A stretch of DNA of 64,000 bases from a virus (taxonomy: Duplodnaviria > Caudoviricetes): positions 1 through 64,000 of the IMG/VR virus record IMGVR_UViG_2630968627_000001; one strand, 5' to 3'. Below the pieces are notes generated by a model. That model saw only the letters and a list, made by a program, of their open reading frames with translations, had not been told where the DNA came from and searched no databases. Below, piece by piece: positions 9,393-19,896 of the stretch. Made by a program: the position numbers and the translations under genes. How positions within the stretch are numbered: the stretch's first letter is position 1; every line of letters starts with the position of its first letter.

Positions 9393-9591
9393 ACGATTCC
9401 ATGCGGGTGTTCAAGTCAAAGCCACACTCATGACGATCCCCTGTCAACAAGGTGTTGGCATTCTTCACGGCCTCCCATGCGTACGGGTTCTTACCTTGTA
9501 CCCAGCCGGAGTTAAGGCAGTGTACGAGCACCAGGAGATCGGCGATCACCGTGTTGGCGTCTGGGGTTGGTTCGGTCTTTTGTTTTTTCAC
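9364..9591 (-). CDS. Hypothetical protein
   Basis: GTG start after leader cassette. Confidence 0.6.
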   Translation of the reverse strand: MKKQKTEPTPDANTVIADLLVLVHCLNSGWVQGKNPYAWEAVKNANTLLTGDRHECGFDLNTRMESFAASQKRGG

Positions 9592-9661
9592 GGTTCCCTC
9601 TGTATGGGTTTGGTTGACGAGCTTTCATTATAGCCCGCCCGCTGGGTCAGGCCATAGCCAC

Positions 9662-10084
9662 CTACTCTACGAAAATGGTATCGGTATCTGGGTCGATGAA
9701 GAAGCTCACCGTCTCGAAGTCGCGAGCGGCTTCTTGCAGGCGATCCCCCAGCGCACCCAGACCACGGTCAAAGAACCCAGCACCATGCCCATTGGATGAT
9801 AGCCACAGATCATGGCCGAAGTAGTGAGTGGAGTTTCCTTCACCTTGATGGCGTACCGCCTCTCGCTCTACGAAGTAGGCCACCGCATCGTCTTCGTTCT
9901 CCTCAAGGAAGCGCCGACACAGACCGCGTATGGTTATCTTGGCGGACTCACTCAGGTCAGAGCGGTCGTACTCACTGTCCAGGTGCTCCCCGTCCAGCAC
10001 GGTTTCGTCTGTCGTGGTCCACAGTGCGGCATCAATGTATCCGCACACTACCTCGTCCAATTGAGCTTCGGTAACTTTTTTCAT
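9662..10084 (-). CDS. Acidic conserved phage protein (GHDxWL..NGHGAGFxDR type)
   Basis: YIDAALW and FGHDLWLSSNGHGAGFFDRG motifs; follows leader. Confidence 0.75.
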   Translation of the reverse strand: MKKVTEAQLDEVVCGYIDAALWTTTDETVLDGEHLDSEYDRSDLSESAKITIRGLCRRFLEENEDDAVAYFVEREAVRHQGEGNSTHYFGHDLWLSSNGHGAGFFDRGLGALGDRLQEAARDFETVSFFIDPDTDTIFVE

Positions 10085-10152
10085 GGTCGCCCCTTTATGG
10101 CTTTGTTTGATAGCCCCATTATAGGGGCTTTTCCTGTGGTAGCTTTATTCAC

Positions 10153-11499
10153 CTAAACTAGCTCAGACTCGAATGCGTCTGTCTCCACGCCGTCAGCGAA
10201 TCTGATCCTGTACATCGTCTCCACCTCTACGCCGTAATACTCGTCCTCCCCCAAAGGTCGCAGCACTGTGACGTCTTGGCCACTGCGTTCGGGATAGCCA
10301 GGATGGCCTTTGGTCATGCTACTAGACTGGAATACTTTGGTAGTCATGGTTGACTCACTTAGGGAAGTTGCCGCCCACCGGCTTGACGTTGAACGTGTAG
10401 CCAGTGCCTTGCTGTTGATAGTCACGCGAACCGTCGTTACCACGCAGCACGATACGCACGGGGCAGTCGCTGTGGATCCCCACTATCTCCTTGACATCGG
10501 CCAAGGTGGAGTCACCGGGCATGTGACGGCCTTTGATGTCGTGAGCTGACACAATGAGGTATTCCGCCCCCTTGAACATTTTATAGGATCGTTTCATCAC
10601 TTACCTCCGAATAACATGCCACCTGTGCGCATCAGCTCACCAGGCCCAACGAAAGCACCGCCTCCTGTTGGATCTTTGACCGGACTACCCGTAGAGATCA
10701 GTCTCCACGGTTCATCCTGGTTGGCGCGGTGGTGCGCGTAGTATCCTACGGATAGGTGCAGGCCAAGGCCATACATGGCTTCCGCCACTACCTTGACCTG
10801 TGACCCGTCCGGGCGATCCAATACGCGCTCGGCCTTGTTGACTATGGGTGTCCTTTGCATGATTGCCCCTTTATGGCATTGGTTGATGATTCCATTATAG
10901 CCCGGTGCAATCGATTGCAAAGACTCACTCAGTCAGCCATTCCTCGTCCGCCACGTCATAGCCCAGCAGCTCACGGGCCCGTGCCTTTTCCAGCTCGAAG
11001 ATAATGTCGTAGATGGTGCCTTCACTGCGGCGCTGGATACGAGTAATCACCATGTTACGCTGGGTGATCGACCCCACCATACTGTTAAGCTCTTTGATGT
11101 CGTTGGCTGTCCACCAGAGCCGCCCCATTACCTTCACGCGCAGAATATCACGCAGGCCGTCTGTGACACGGTCGTACAAAGTGTTGTAGTCACCGCCCGT
11201 CGGGGTATGGTTTCGTTCACCCATCAGGTCGTCGGTGCGCTGGATACGATCCAGCAAATCTTGCAATCGTTTGCGGGTTTCTTGTTTCATCACACTTTCT
11301 CCAAAGAAAAGTTGGCCACCGGAGAGTACACGAAGTCGTTGCCGTCCTTGTCCTTGTGCATCCCCAGAGGAAAGAGGGTTTCATCACGGGTTTGTCCCCA
11401 TGTCAGGTTGCGGGTGTCTACTTCACGATCCCCATGCCTGGGGCCGCCAACGTATACCCGCATCATCGTAAAGCCACGGTAGTCATCAGCGGCTTGCAT
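10153..11499 (-). other. Run of five small hypothetical genes (10153-~10348, 10355-10600, 10597-10860, 10925-11293, 11290-11499)
   Basis: Abutting or overlapping minus-strand ORFs with RBSs. Confidence 0.6.
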
Positions 11500-11501
11500 A
11501 C

Positions 11502-11903
11502 TTATTCCCCTTGCTTAACAGGCAGTGCAGGGCCAGTAACAACAAAGGGTTTATTCTCTGGGTGTACCGTATCTTTGTAGCGTTGCGCGGCCTGTTCTGT
11601 GGTGAATGCCTTTGTAGTCAGTAGAACCGGCAAAGGGTTGCCGTCGTTGCCCACGGCCTCCCCCATGACATAGAAGACAGGCATGCCAAAGTAATCGGAA
11701 CACGGGTTGCTACGGGTGAACGTCTCCCCCTTGAACAGGCGGTAGCCGGAGTAGCCACGGGCCAGGCATTCCTGTCCTGCCACGGCGTGGTGCGCAGCGG
11801 GCATACAGCGAGCATCCAATACGACTACGGCACGGTCCCCTGTGGCCTGTATGGTCTCGCGTGGTTGCGTGGCGCTTGGATGATAGAACTGGGCATAAAG
11901 CAT
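11502..11903 (-). CDS. Hypothetical protein
   Basis: ATG after leader; GDRAVVVLDAR motif. Confidence 0.7.
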   Translation of the reverse strand: MLYAQFYHPSATQPRETIQATGDRAVVVLDARCMPAAHHAVAGQECLARGYSGYRLFKGETFTRSNPCSDYFGMPVFYVMGEAVGNDGNPLPVLLTTKAFTTEQAAQRYKDTVHPENKPFVVTGPALPVKQGE

Positions 11904-12039
11904 TGTATTCCCCTATCTGGGTTTGGTTGACTATGGCTCTATTGTAGTCGTGTGCAATCGATTGCAAACCGACACTTGATTGTGTGGCCGCCCGCCACCA
12001 CCGTGGCCAGGACAAAGGCGGGGGCGCACGCCCCCAGTT

Positions 12040-13205
12040 TTATCGATTGCCTTTACGTGGCACTGTCGCCCCTTTCATATTGGTAATGAACACTGACTCC
12101 GAGTCAGACAACGGCACAAACTCCCCGGCCCGCTTGTTGTCCTTGCCGTCCTCACGGGTGATCTTGTACGGGCGGTACTCGCTGATCGAGTAGTGGGCAC
12201 ACTCCGGCAACTCCACTCGGAAGATCACGGCAGGAATCCCGCCCGTCTGTTTGCGAGCACGGGTCATGTACCCGCTGCCCAACGCCTTGGCCAACTTCAC
12301 CAGGGCTTCTTCCCGCGTCGGCGCGGTAACCCAGTCCGTCACAGACGCTGCGAAATAATGATGTTCACTCATTGCTGGCTCCTTACCAGTCAGTACGTAC
12401 AATCAGGGTGTCGCCTTCGACCAGATCGACACGCAAAGGGTTACCCATGAACCCGGTCATGTAATAGCCCACCTGATCCATCAGGTCTACCACGGCCTTG
12501 AACGCTCGCTTGTTGTCGTCCATGGGGTCACCGTCTTTGTCGTAGAAAGACCAGCCGCCCGTCGCCATCACAAAGGAACGTGCGCCCGTCTGTCGTGACT
12601 TCAGGATACGTTTGACCATCACTTCCAGGGTGTACAGCGCGGCCTTCTCCACCTTGTTGTGTTCGGACACAAGCTGGGCCACGGATTTAGCTTTCCGCAT
12701 CGTTACTCTCCAATGCTTTGATTGCGCGGCCCACAAATTCAGTCAGACCTTCTGCCGTGTAAATCCAGTTTGTGTTGCCTGGGGACTTTTCGTCCGCCTC
12801 ACAAAATGAGGTCAGCTCCCCCAGATCCACCAACTCCCCGGAGTCCAGGACACCGAAGTACCGTTGCTTGTCCGGCGTCACGGTCTCGTCCTCGGGGTTC
12901 TTACACAGACCCTGGTCGATCAGCTCTATCACCTTCCGGCGAACAATGGCTTGTCGTTTCTCCAGCGACAGATCAAGTTCGGCCACAATGACGTGCAGTT
13001 CGTTATCCGACACGCAACCCTTGTAAGCCTTCGGGATAAAGTCAATGTGGATGATGTACTCGTCGTCCTCGTGCCACTTGGACAGCGAGAAGATGTTGTA
13101 CCACGGCTCGTTGTGCATCTCGCTATCTTCGTAGACGTGGTAGACCTTCACGCCTTTGTGTTCGAGATACACTTCTGCGGGCATTTGTATGTTTGCGATT
13201 GGCAT
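12040..13205 (-). other. Three-gene early cassette (12040-12372, 12383-12700, 12687-13205), all hypothetical
   Basis: Leader before 13205; GGAG RBSs. Confidence 0.65.
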
Positions 13206-13283
13206 TGATCCCCCTTTATGGGTTTGTTGTATGAATGGATAGTGTACCCCGCCCCGTAGGGCGGTAGTGTTTCACTGTATGGC

Positions 13284-13700
13284 TTATCTGTAGGTGCCGT
13301 CAGTAGAGAACGGGCACATTTTGCCGTGCCGGTCGGCCTCCGCCCAGTAATGTCCGGTCTCACTTAGCTCCTTCTCAGTGCCGGTGGCCCACTCGGATGG
13401 TTCTATCCCCAGCTTTTGGTAATAATCGTCCCGGCTGGAGTGTGAGGACACGAAGCGCCCGGCGATATAACGACCGTACACCAGGTGGCGTCGATACAGT
13501 TCGTCCATGATCGCTTGCTCGTAGCCACGAACATAGTTGACCGCGTACCGTGGCAGGTTGCGATAGATAGGATCGTTGTACACAGCTTGCAGCCGCTGTA
13601 TCAGAGCACGGTGATCTTGTCGGGTTATCTGGGCAGTCTGATACACCTCTTTAACCCGGCTCAACAATTCAGTGCGCAGTTTCATTACTCGGTCTGACAT
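13284..13700 (-). CDS. Hypothetical protein
   Basis: ATG after leader cassette. Confidence 0.65.
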   Translation of the reverse strand: MSDRVMKLRTELLSRVKEVYQTAQITRQDHRALIQRLQAVYNDPIYRNLPRYAVNYVRGYEQAIMDELYRRHLVYGRYIAGRFVSSHSSRDDYYQKLGIEPSEWATGTEKELSETGHYWAEADRHGKMCPFSTDGTYR

Positions 13701-13766
13701 ACATCCCCCTATATGGGTTTGGTTAAGATGTTTCATTATAGGCCGCCCCGAAGGGCAGCGCAGCCG

Positions 13767-14102
13767 TCACCGGGAGTTAACGTACGACCAAAGGGAAGGG
13801 TGCAGCTTCTTCACCCATTCAGCCGGGATACGTACGCATTTGTGGTGCAGGTAGTCACGGTGCATAGGGGCTACGCTGACACCAGAGGACAGAGCATTGT
13901 CCGCCAAAATGGAAGTCAGGTTTCCAGTGGGCGACACATACGGGGTGCCGTTCTCGTCCAACACGATAGCAACGCAGTTGATCTTGCCACCCTGCTCCAT
14001 TTGCTCCCGGATGTTTGCACGGGTGAATGCTGGGTGGTCTTTAGTTGGGCCTTTGCTACCACGGTTGTACGGTAGTTTGGCGTAGAAACGATAACCCTTC
14101 AT
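13767..14102 (-). CDS. Hypothetical protein, first gene of the early region
   Basis: ATG after palindrome, TATAAT and leader. Confidence 0.7.
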   Translation of the reverse strand: MKGYRFYAKLPYNRGSKGPTKDHPAFTRANIREQMEQGGKINCVAIVLDENGTPYVSPTGNLTSILADNALSSGVSVAPMHRDYLHHKCVRIPAEWVKKLHPSLWSYVNSR

Positions 14103-14265
14103 GGTGTCCCCTTTGTGGGCGTGTTTAGATGGTTCCCATTATAGGCCGTGCAATCGATTGCAAAGCAGGCACAAGATGGGCCCAACCGCTGACTGAAAAA
14201 TGCGCGGACGTGCGAATAGCAAGACACCGAAGTCGGCGCAATGGACACATGAATGGCCTGGCCAC

Positions 14266-14302
14266 AAAAAGGCCCCCACCAGCTTTTACACCAGCGGGGG
14301 CC
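14266..14302 (-). terminator. Intrinsic terminator at the boundary of the early region
   Basis: GGCCCCCGCTGG..CTGGTGGGGGCC followed by TTTTT on the minus strand. Confidence 0.7.
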
Positions 14303-14474
14303 ACGGCACTCACCAAAGGCAAATACACAAGCACGAGCCCGTACTGTAGCACTACATTGGCCGCCCCGTCCACCACGATATGCGGGACCAGTTATGGCAT
14401 TCACATGCCGACACTCAGTTGGGGGAATCACATGCCGACACAGCAGTAGGGGATCTGCCATGCCGACACGTAGG

Positions 14475-16501
14475 CTAGTGGAAACGGTTTCGTTTGTGGC
14501 GCATCTTGCGGGTGCCTTTGCCCCGTCGGTTCGGTGCATCCCGTCCCGCCCGCATGATGACCCAGTCAAAGTCTTCCCAATGCAGGGGTGACGCACAGTA
14601 CAGGGTTATCTCTGCGGTAGGGTCAAACTTCCGGTGCTTCACCTCCGCCTCCATCGCCAGCTTGGCAACTGCTGGACTCAGCATACCCAAGACGATGGCC
14701 TCGCTCGTCCCCAGCACCGTCCCGGCTACCTGTCTCGCCTTCAGAACGAACGGACCTTCTGCTTCGGGCAATGGGGCGATCTCCTTGACCTGTTCGTTGA
14801 TCCGTTTGATCGTAGTAACCATCGGGTGCTCTAGCTTACTATGCTCCATGCTCGTGCTCCTGTGTGAATCCTGGATAGCCTTCAATCGGATGTCCGCAGT
14901 ATGCCCATACGTGTTTCCATCGCTCCCCGCCGATACCCAGGGCATTGGAGATCTTGCCGGTTGTCTCGTCTACCGTGACGTGCATCAGCGTGACCCAGTA
15001 CGACTCCGGTGCCGTCTCCAGGCCAAGGTGTATGCGCCAGGGGTGTGGGTAGGAGAACTTTACCAGGTCGTTCTCGTCTCCGGTACAGAGCACGAAGTAG
15101 ACAGCGGTACGCGCTGGGTTGTTGAACGGCTTGAGTGACGTTGGGTCATCAGACTTGACCAGGGTCCAGGCCAATGACTCCATCAATACCCGGTCAGCAG
15201 GAGGTAGTACCGGGCCGCCCCGTAAGCCCTGGGCCAGGTCGTGCAGGGAGTTGGCGAAGCGTTCCATCAGGGCGTTGAAAAGGTTCCATACCGCCTTGAT
15301 GGGTCCCTTCCGTCGGAGCCTCCGTTTCTCGTTAAGGTTCCATAGCTCCAGGGTCTGCATTTGCTTGTATGTCAGCTCGGCCAGCTTCGTAGGCTCAAGA
15401 CTGTCGAAGTCATACAAGGCCGCTACTACCGTGTCCTCGGCCGGGTTGTCCGGTAGCAGGCAGCGACGTTGCTTGCGCCAGTATTCAACGACTGGATCCG
15501 TTGGGTGCTCGTTCATGCTTGGGCGTCCTTTTTCTCAGGTATGTTAAGGCGATCCCGCAAAGCTACGCTGGTCTTGAGTAGCTCGTCCAGGGTCTCTGTG
15601 GTACGCCCTACCCGATTATAGGCTACCTGTATCCGGGAGTCTCCTGTCTGGGACAGCAGGGGCAAGGCCGTCTCCAGGTCGGTGCGAGCCTGGCGCAGTA
15701 TTACTGTCTGCGTCTTGAGTACCTGGTCGATTCTCTCGAAGTCCGCGTACGCTGCCTTTAAGATCTCCTGCCCTGTGTCCTCCCGGATCTGGGCTTCGAT
15801 CAGTTCTATTTTGGCCTGCGCCAGCTTGTCGGCTACCTCTACTCGGAACTGCTCGGCTTTGCGCTTGACGCGGTTGATTGAGTAAGAGGATATGGCCATA
15901 ACAGCCATGACGATCCCTGTACATACTAATGCCTGTGTGCTCATTTACCGCTCCCTTTAGTAGCCAGTCCTTGCTCCCTGGCCATGCGCAGCAGGACCCG
16001 GTTCTTCTCAGTGTATGCCTTTCTCAAGGCTCGTATTGTGTACCCCTCTGGGGCCGCCTCCATTACCTGGGCGAGGTCAGCGACCATGTCCTTAACGTCG
16101 GACAGCTCCTGGGCTGTGGCAACGAACTTGCCCGTCTTGCCTTGTCGCTCTCCTACTGTGCATAGGCTCTCCGCCGCCCGCTCGGCGTGGGCATGGCGGC
16201 CTCGTAGCCCATTGTGTACCGCCTCCGTGCCGTCCGAGGCCAGGTCCCTGGTCAAGTGGGCCAGCGTGACGGCCATCTCCAGCAACAAGCCGTATTCCCC
16301 CAGGCCCATAGTCCCATATTGCAGGGAGTTCTGTGCAGCGTATACCGGGGTCAACCATTTCCTCAGACGGTCCTCGCTGGGCGGGTCCACCTTGCCGGCA
16401 GCGTGAGCGTACTCGGTAGCCGCGATCAGTTCCATCTTGTGTAGGGGTGTCCTCCCTTTGCCTGTTTTGTTCTTGCGTTTATCCTTCGTGCGTCGTGACA
16501 T
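14475..16501 (-). other. Four hypothetical genes (14475-~14849, 14839-15516, 15513-15944 with N-terminal TM plus coiled coil, 15941-16501)
   Basis: ATGA overlaps and RBSs. Confidence 0.65.
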
Positions 16502-16528
16502 GTGTGCTCCTTGATTGCAAGCAGTCTA

Positions 16529-17824
16529 TCATTCCTGTTCTGGTTCGGACTGGGCACTGCGTCGTACTCGGATGCGTCGCCGCCCCGTACTTATGCCCTC
16601 GTCTCGCTGTGGTTCTACGGGGTCGGGTTTGGCTGGCGCTGCCTTTCGGCCCTCTGCGCGTGGGCCTGATTCCGCTAGGCTGCGTACGAATTCCTGTGTC
16701 TCCCTTGCTAGGGCATCGATCTGTATGCGGGCTATCTCCTGATCCATGCCTAAGCTGCCCACGATCCGATCCCCGCGAAGCTCTCGCCTGTTCGTTGGCG
16801 GTGCGTACGGGTCTCCGAACGGCGTCGGGTGAATCGTCGGGTGGGCCTCCATCCGTGGTCCCCTGTAGCGCACGGAGGTGCCTGTCATACCTGCTCGCAG
16901 TTGCTCGGTCTCCATTCTTATGTACGCATTGAGCGCGTCAGACCTTTCCCTGGTTCTGGTCATAGCTTCCATTCGCCGCTCCACTGCCTCCCAGGCCAGG
17001 CATATCCCCGTGACAGGGGTGCCGTCGCGTCGCACGATCCGTAATCCCGGAACAGTTCTGGTCTGGTTCGGCATACCCTCTCGCACCAACGTGACCGTGA
17101 ATGTGTTTGGTCCGTGCTCGTCTACATGGGCTACGGCTCTGCCCCCTGGGAATCTGGTGACGTCCTCGCTTTCTATCAGGAAAGACAGTGTAGTCGCTTC
17201 CGGGTGACGTACAGCCATCGTCACAGCCCCAAAGGCAGTCGTGATCCCGCCCACGTCTTCCTCTACCCCGCCCATGGGCATGCCCCATACCAAGGGTATA
17301 TCCTCAAACGACGCCTTGATGGCTGCTACCGCGCTCCCCCATTTATCTCTTTGGTCTTGGTCCCAACGCACCCCAAGTAGACCCTGCGAGACAGCGTCAA
17401 CCGGCTCATACTCCAGCGTGTTGCTGTAGTAAGGTATATCCTCCCCGATGTCGTTTACGTAGGATGCCTCGGACACGACTTGGTACAGCATCGTAGAGTG
17501 GCTGTGTGTGACGATAAATACGGCCTCCAGTGGCCTGCCCTGGGATACGCTCGCCGCCCGTCGCTCCATGGCCCTTCCTGGTCTCAAGACCACCCGGTAC
17601 GAAGTGTCCCCCAGTGAGTTAAGGCCGGAGTAGTAGCGGTCTACGTCGTGCAGGTCAAACCCGCTAATTCGTACCAGGTATCCCCATTCCCTCGGGGTGC
17701 GGTGGCTGTTCGCGCTAGGGGCTGGGGCTGCTGTATCCGCCTCGTCTCCCCCGAACAGTTGTCGGAACAGTCTCTGCCATGCGTTGCTCATGATGTCAGT
17801 CCCTCCGGTGCTTTCTTGAGCCAT
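16529..17824 (-). CDS. Hypothetical protein, ~420-430 aa
   Basis: Long ORF; GGAGG RBS before MSNAW. Confidence 0.7.
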   Translation of the reverse strand: MAQESTGGTDIMSNAWQRLFRQLFGGDEADTAAPAPSANSHRTPREWGYLVRISGFDLHDVDRYYSGLNSLGDTSYRVVLRPGRAMERRAASVSQGRPLEAVFIVTHSHSTMLYQVVSEASYVNDIGEDIPYYSNTLEYEPVDAVSQGLLGVRWDQDQRDKWGSAVAAIKASFEDIPLVWGMPMGGVEEDVGGITTAFGAVTMAVRHPEATTLSFLIESEDVTRFPGGRAVAHVDEHGPNTFTVTLVREGMPNQTRTVPGLRIVRRDGTPVTGICLAWEAVERRMEAMTRTRERSDALNAYIRMETEQLRAGMTGTSVRYRGPRMEAHPTIHPTPFGDPYAPPTNRRELRGDRIVGSLGMDQEIARIQIDALARETQEFVRSLAESGPRAEGRKAAPAKPDPVEPQRDEGISTGRRRIRVRRSAQSEPEQE

Positions 17825-18636
17825 CGGCCCTGGTCATCTATATAGCCCTGCTCGCGCAGCTCGGCCTCGCCTTTGAAGTACATGGCCAGGCGCTGGTTGG
17901 CTACCTCGCGCAGCTCTGCCCGTGCGATGGTTCGCATCTCGTCGTATACGTAGGCGGAGATCTCGCCCGCGTCCAATCGTTGCTTGAGCTTCCGATCTCG
18001 CGCCCACACCGCGCAACGTCGCTGGTTTTCAATACGAGTCTCGGCCTCGGTCTTCTTGAATTTCTTGATGGGGCCTACGTTCTTGAGCTGGCCATAGCGG
18101 TAGTGGCGTACAGCAGGCCCAGAGGGGCGCGAATGGTCCAGCTCTACCAGAGTGATGTGTCCCTTCAATTCAAGCCGCCGCAGGGCCTTCTGTGCCTGTG
18201 CTGGGGTGATGCCCAGGGTGTCTGCTAGGTCATGGTTATTGTGCCGCCCGCGATCCTCTCGCATGACGTCCAGTACGTCGGCCATGATGGTGTCGCGGTA
18301 GGGCTCGCGGGTGATGCCCTTCTCGCGCCGCCATGAACGCATACGTGCGTTGCGCTGGTCTCGTGACTGGTTCTTTGGTCGGGGACGACGAGTACCTTCT
18401 GGGGCTGGTCCATTGCTGTATACCCGCTCAGATTGGCGGATGACAGTGACGCCCTCCAGGACAGGATCGGTGTACGCCTTGATGTGTACGCGCTTCTGGC
18501 TTTCTTGGTAGTAGAGGGATCGTGCTACCTTGCGCTGATCCTCCCCCAGGGCTTCTGCTACCTGGGTTGCCGTCGCGCCCCCGAGCTGGGACAAAAGGGA
18601 TCGTACCTGTACTGCCAATGGTTTCGTGTTGTTCAT
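17788..18636 (-). CDS. Tandem winged-HTH DNA-binding protein
   Basis: ATATQVAEALGEDQRKVARSL and NNHDLADTLGITPAQAQKALRRLELKGHI. Confidence 0.65.
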   Translation of the reverse strand: MNNTKPLAVQVRSLLSQLGGATATQVAEALGEDQRKVARSLYYQESQKRVHIKAYTDPVLEGVTVIRQSERVYSNGPAPEGTRRPRPKNQSRDQRNARMRSWRREKGITREPYRDTIMADVLDVMREDRGRHNNHDLADTLGITPAQAQKALRRLELKGHITLVELDHSRPSGPAVRHYRYGQLKNVGPIKKFKKTEAETRIENQRRCAVWARDRKLKQRLDAGEISAYVYDEMRTIARAELREVANQRLAMYFKGEAELREQGYIDDQGRWLKKAPEGLTS

Positions 18637-18648
18637 TGCGTCCTCGTG

Positions 18649-18673
18649 AAAAGAGCGGGGGTTGCCCGCTCTT
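18649..18673 (-). terminator. Intrinsic terminator
   Basis: AAGAGCGGG-loop-CCCGCTCTTTT on the minus strand. Confidence 0.7.
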
Positions 18674-18702
18674 GAATTATAGTTCGCTTGGACTAGCAAG
18701 CA

Positions 18703-19896
18703 TCAGACACTGTCTTGTGGTTGTCCTTTGCAATCGATTGCATCAGCGGCTGTGCCCTCGTCCTTGCATCGGCGTTTGTGTTCTTCCGGGAATAACAGGG
18801 TAAACAGTTCGCCAGCATCTACTCCGCCCAGCTCCAAGCCTTCGCCTGCCGCCGCGTCAAGGAACTGCATGACCTTGTCCATGTGGTTGGGGCGTTGCAA
18901 GTGCTTGAGCAGGTTGTCGCCGTCCAGTATGCCGTGGATAGCATCTTCCATCATGATGCGCTCGCCGGGATTCAGCTTGTAGTAGCCTTCGCCTGTGTCA
19001 AACTCGTAGCCGTCCACGAACGATTTGATCTCGTTGTTGACGGCGTTCCAGTCAACGGCTATGGATGGGCCTCGCCAGGCCAGCATGGTTAACAGGTCGG
19101 CCACATCGTACTCGCCATTGATCTGGCCTATGACTATGGAGCCGTCGCGTCCCCCTAGCGCATGGTAGCGGGCTTCGTCGCGGGTGCCGGCTTCGTTGCC
19201 GTTACCACTCGGGTACATCCAGTCGGTGCGGCTGGCGATAACTTGCCCTTTCCCGTTTACCGTCAGCCAGTGATCGGGGGTTGGACTCTGTGGTCGTACC
19301 TGAGTGAATCGAACGCCTGGTTTTCGGACGCTTGGCTCCGCTACCAGAATGTTGTGATTGATGCGCTGCTCTTTCTTGAGTGCCGTCAGGATCTCCTCCG
19401 GCTGGCCGTGGTCAGCGTTGATGATGTGGAGCTGTTTCTGGTATACGCGCTCCTTGCCGCCCATGCGCTTCCATTCAGCTACGGCGTCAGCCTTGAAGGG
19501 TGCCTGCGAGTACATGTCCGGGCAGTAGCATAACCAGGTGCCGTCCGGCTGTTGTTCTACTCGTGGCAGCAGCTCGCCTACCTTGAATTCCGTCCATCGG
19601 ATGGCCTCGGCCATTTTGTCCGGTATCGGCTTCGCTGTCGCCAGTACCTTACGCAGACGTTCCGCATAGTCCGGGCAGAGGGCCAGTACCATCTCCCAGT
19701 CTTCGTCTGTAAATTTCATGACGGCGTCCAGGCTGGCAAACGCGCTGGCTCGGCCCGTGCGACGTGGCTTGGTGGCCAGCTTACCTGGTTCAAAATGGCT
19801 CAGTGCTCGCTTGAGAAGGTTGTGGATCTCTTGCAGATCCTCGGAGCTGATTACCTCCTTCAGTTCCACCTCTTGTGTCCGTTCCGTGCTGGTCAT
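18703..19896 (-). CDS. Multi-segment hypothetical protein
   Basis: 397-aa ORF with ATGA overlap. Confidence 0.7.
   Translation of the reverse strand: MTSTERTQEVELKEVISSEDLQEIHNLLKRALSHFEPGKLATKPRRTGRASAFASLDAVMKFTDEDWEMVLALCPDYAERLRKVLATAKPIPDKMAEAIRWTEFKVGELLPRVEQQPDGTWLCYCPDMYSQAPFKADAVAEWKRMGGKERVYQKQLHIINADHGQPEEILTALKKEQRINHNILVAEPSVRKPGVRFTQVRPQSPTPDHWLTVNGKGQVIASRTDWMYPSGNGNEAGTRDEARYHALGGRDGSIVIGQINGEYDVADLLTMLAWRGPSIAVDWNAVNNEIKSFVDGYEFDTGEGYYKLNPGERIMMEDAIHGILDGDNLLKHLQRPNHMDKVMQFLDAAAGEGLELGGVDAGELFTLLFPEEHKRRCKDEGTAADAIDCKGQPQDSV

Noticed and set aside
14390-14470. Mini-CRISPR array
   Set aside because: 13-bp repeat with ~14-16 bp gaps is too short; no cas operon (the Cas4-like gene sits in a recombination context)
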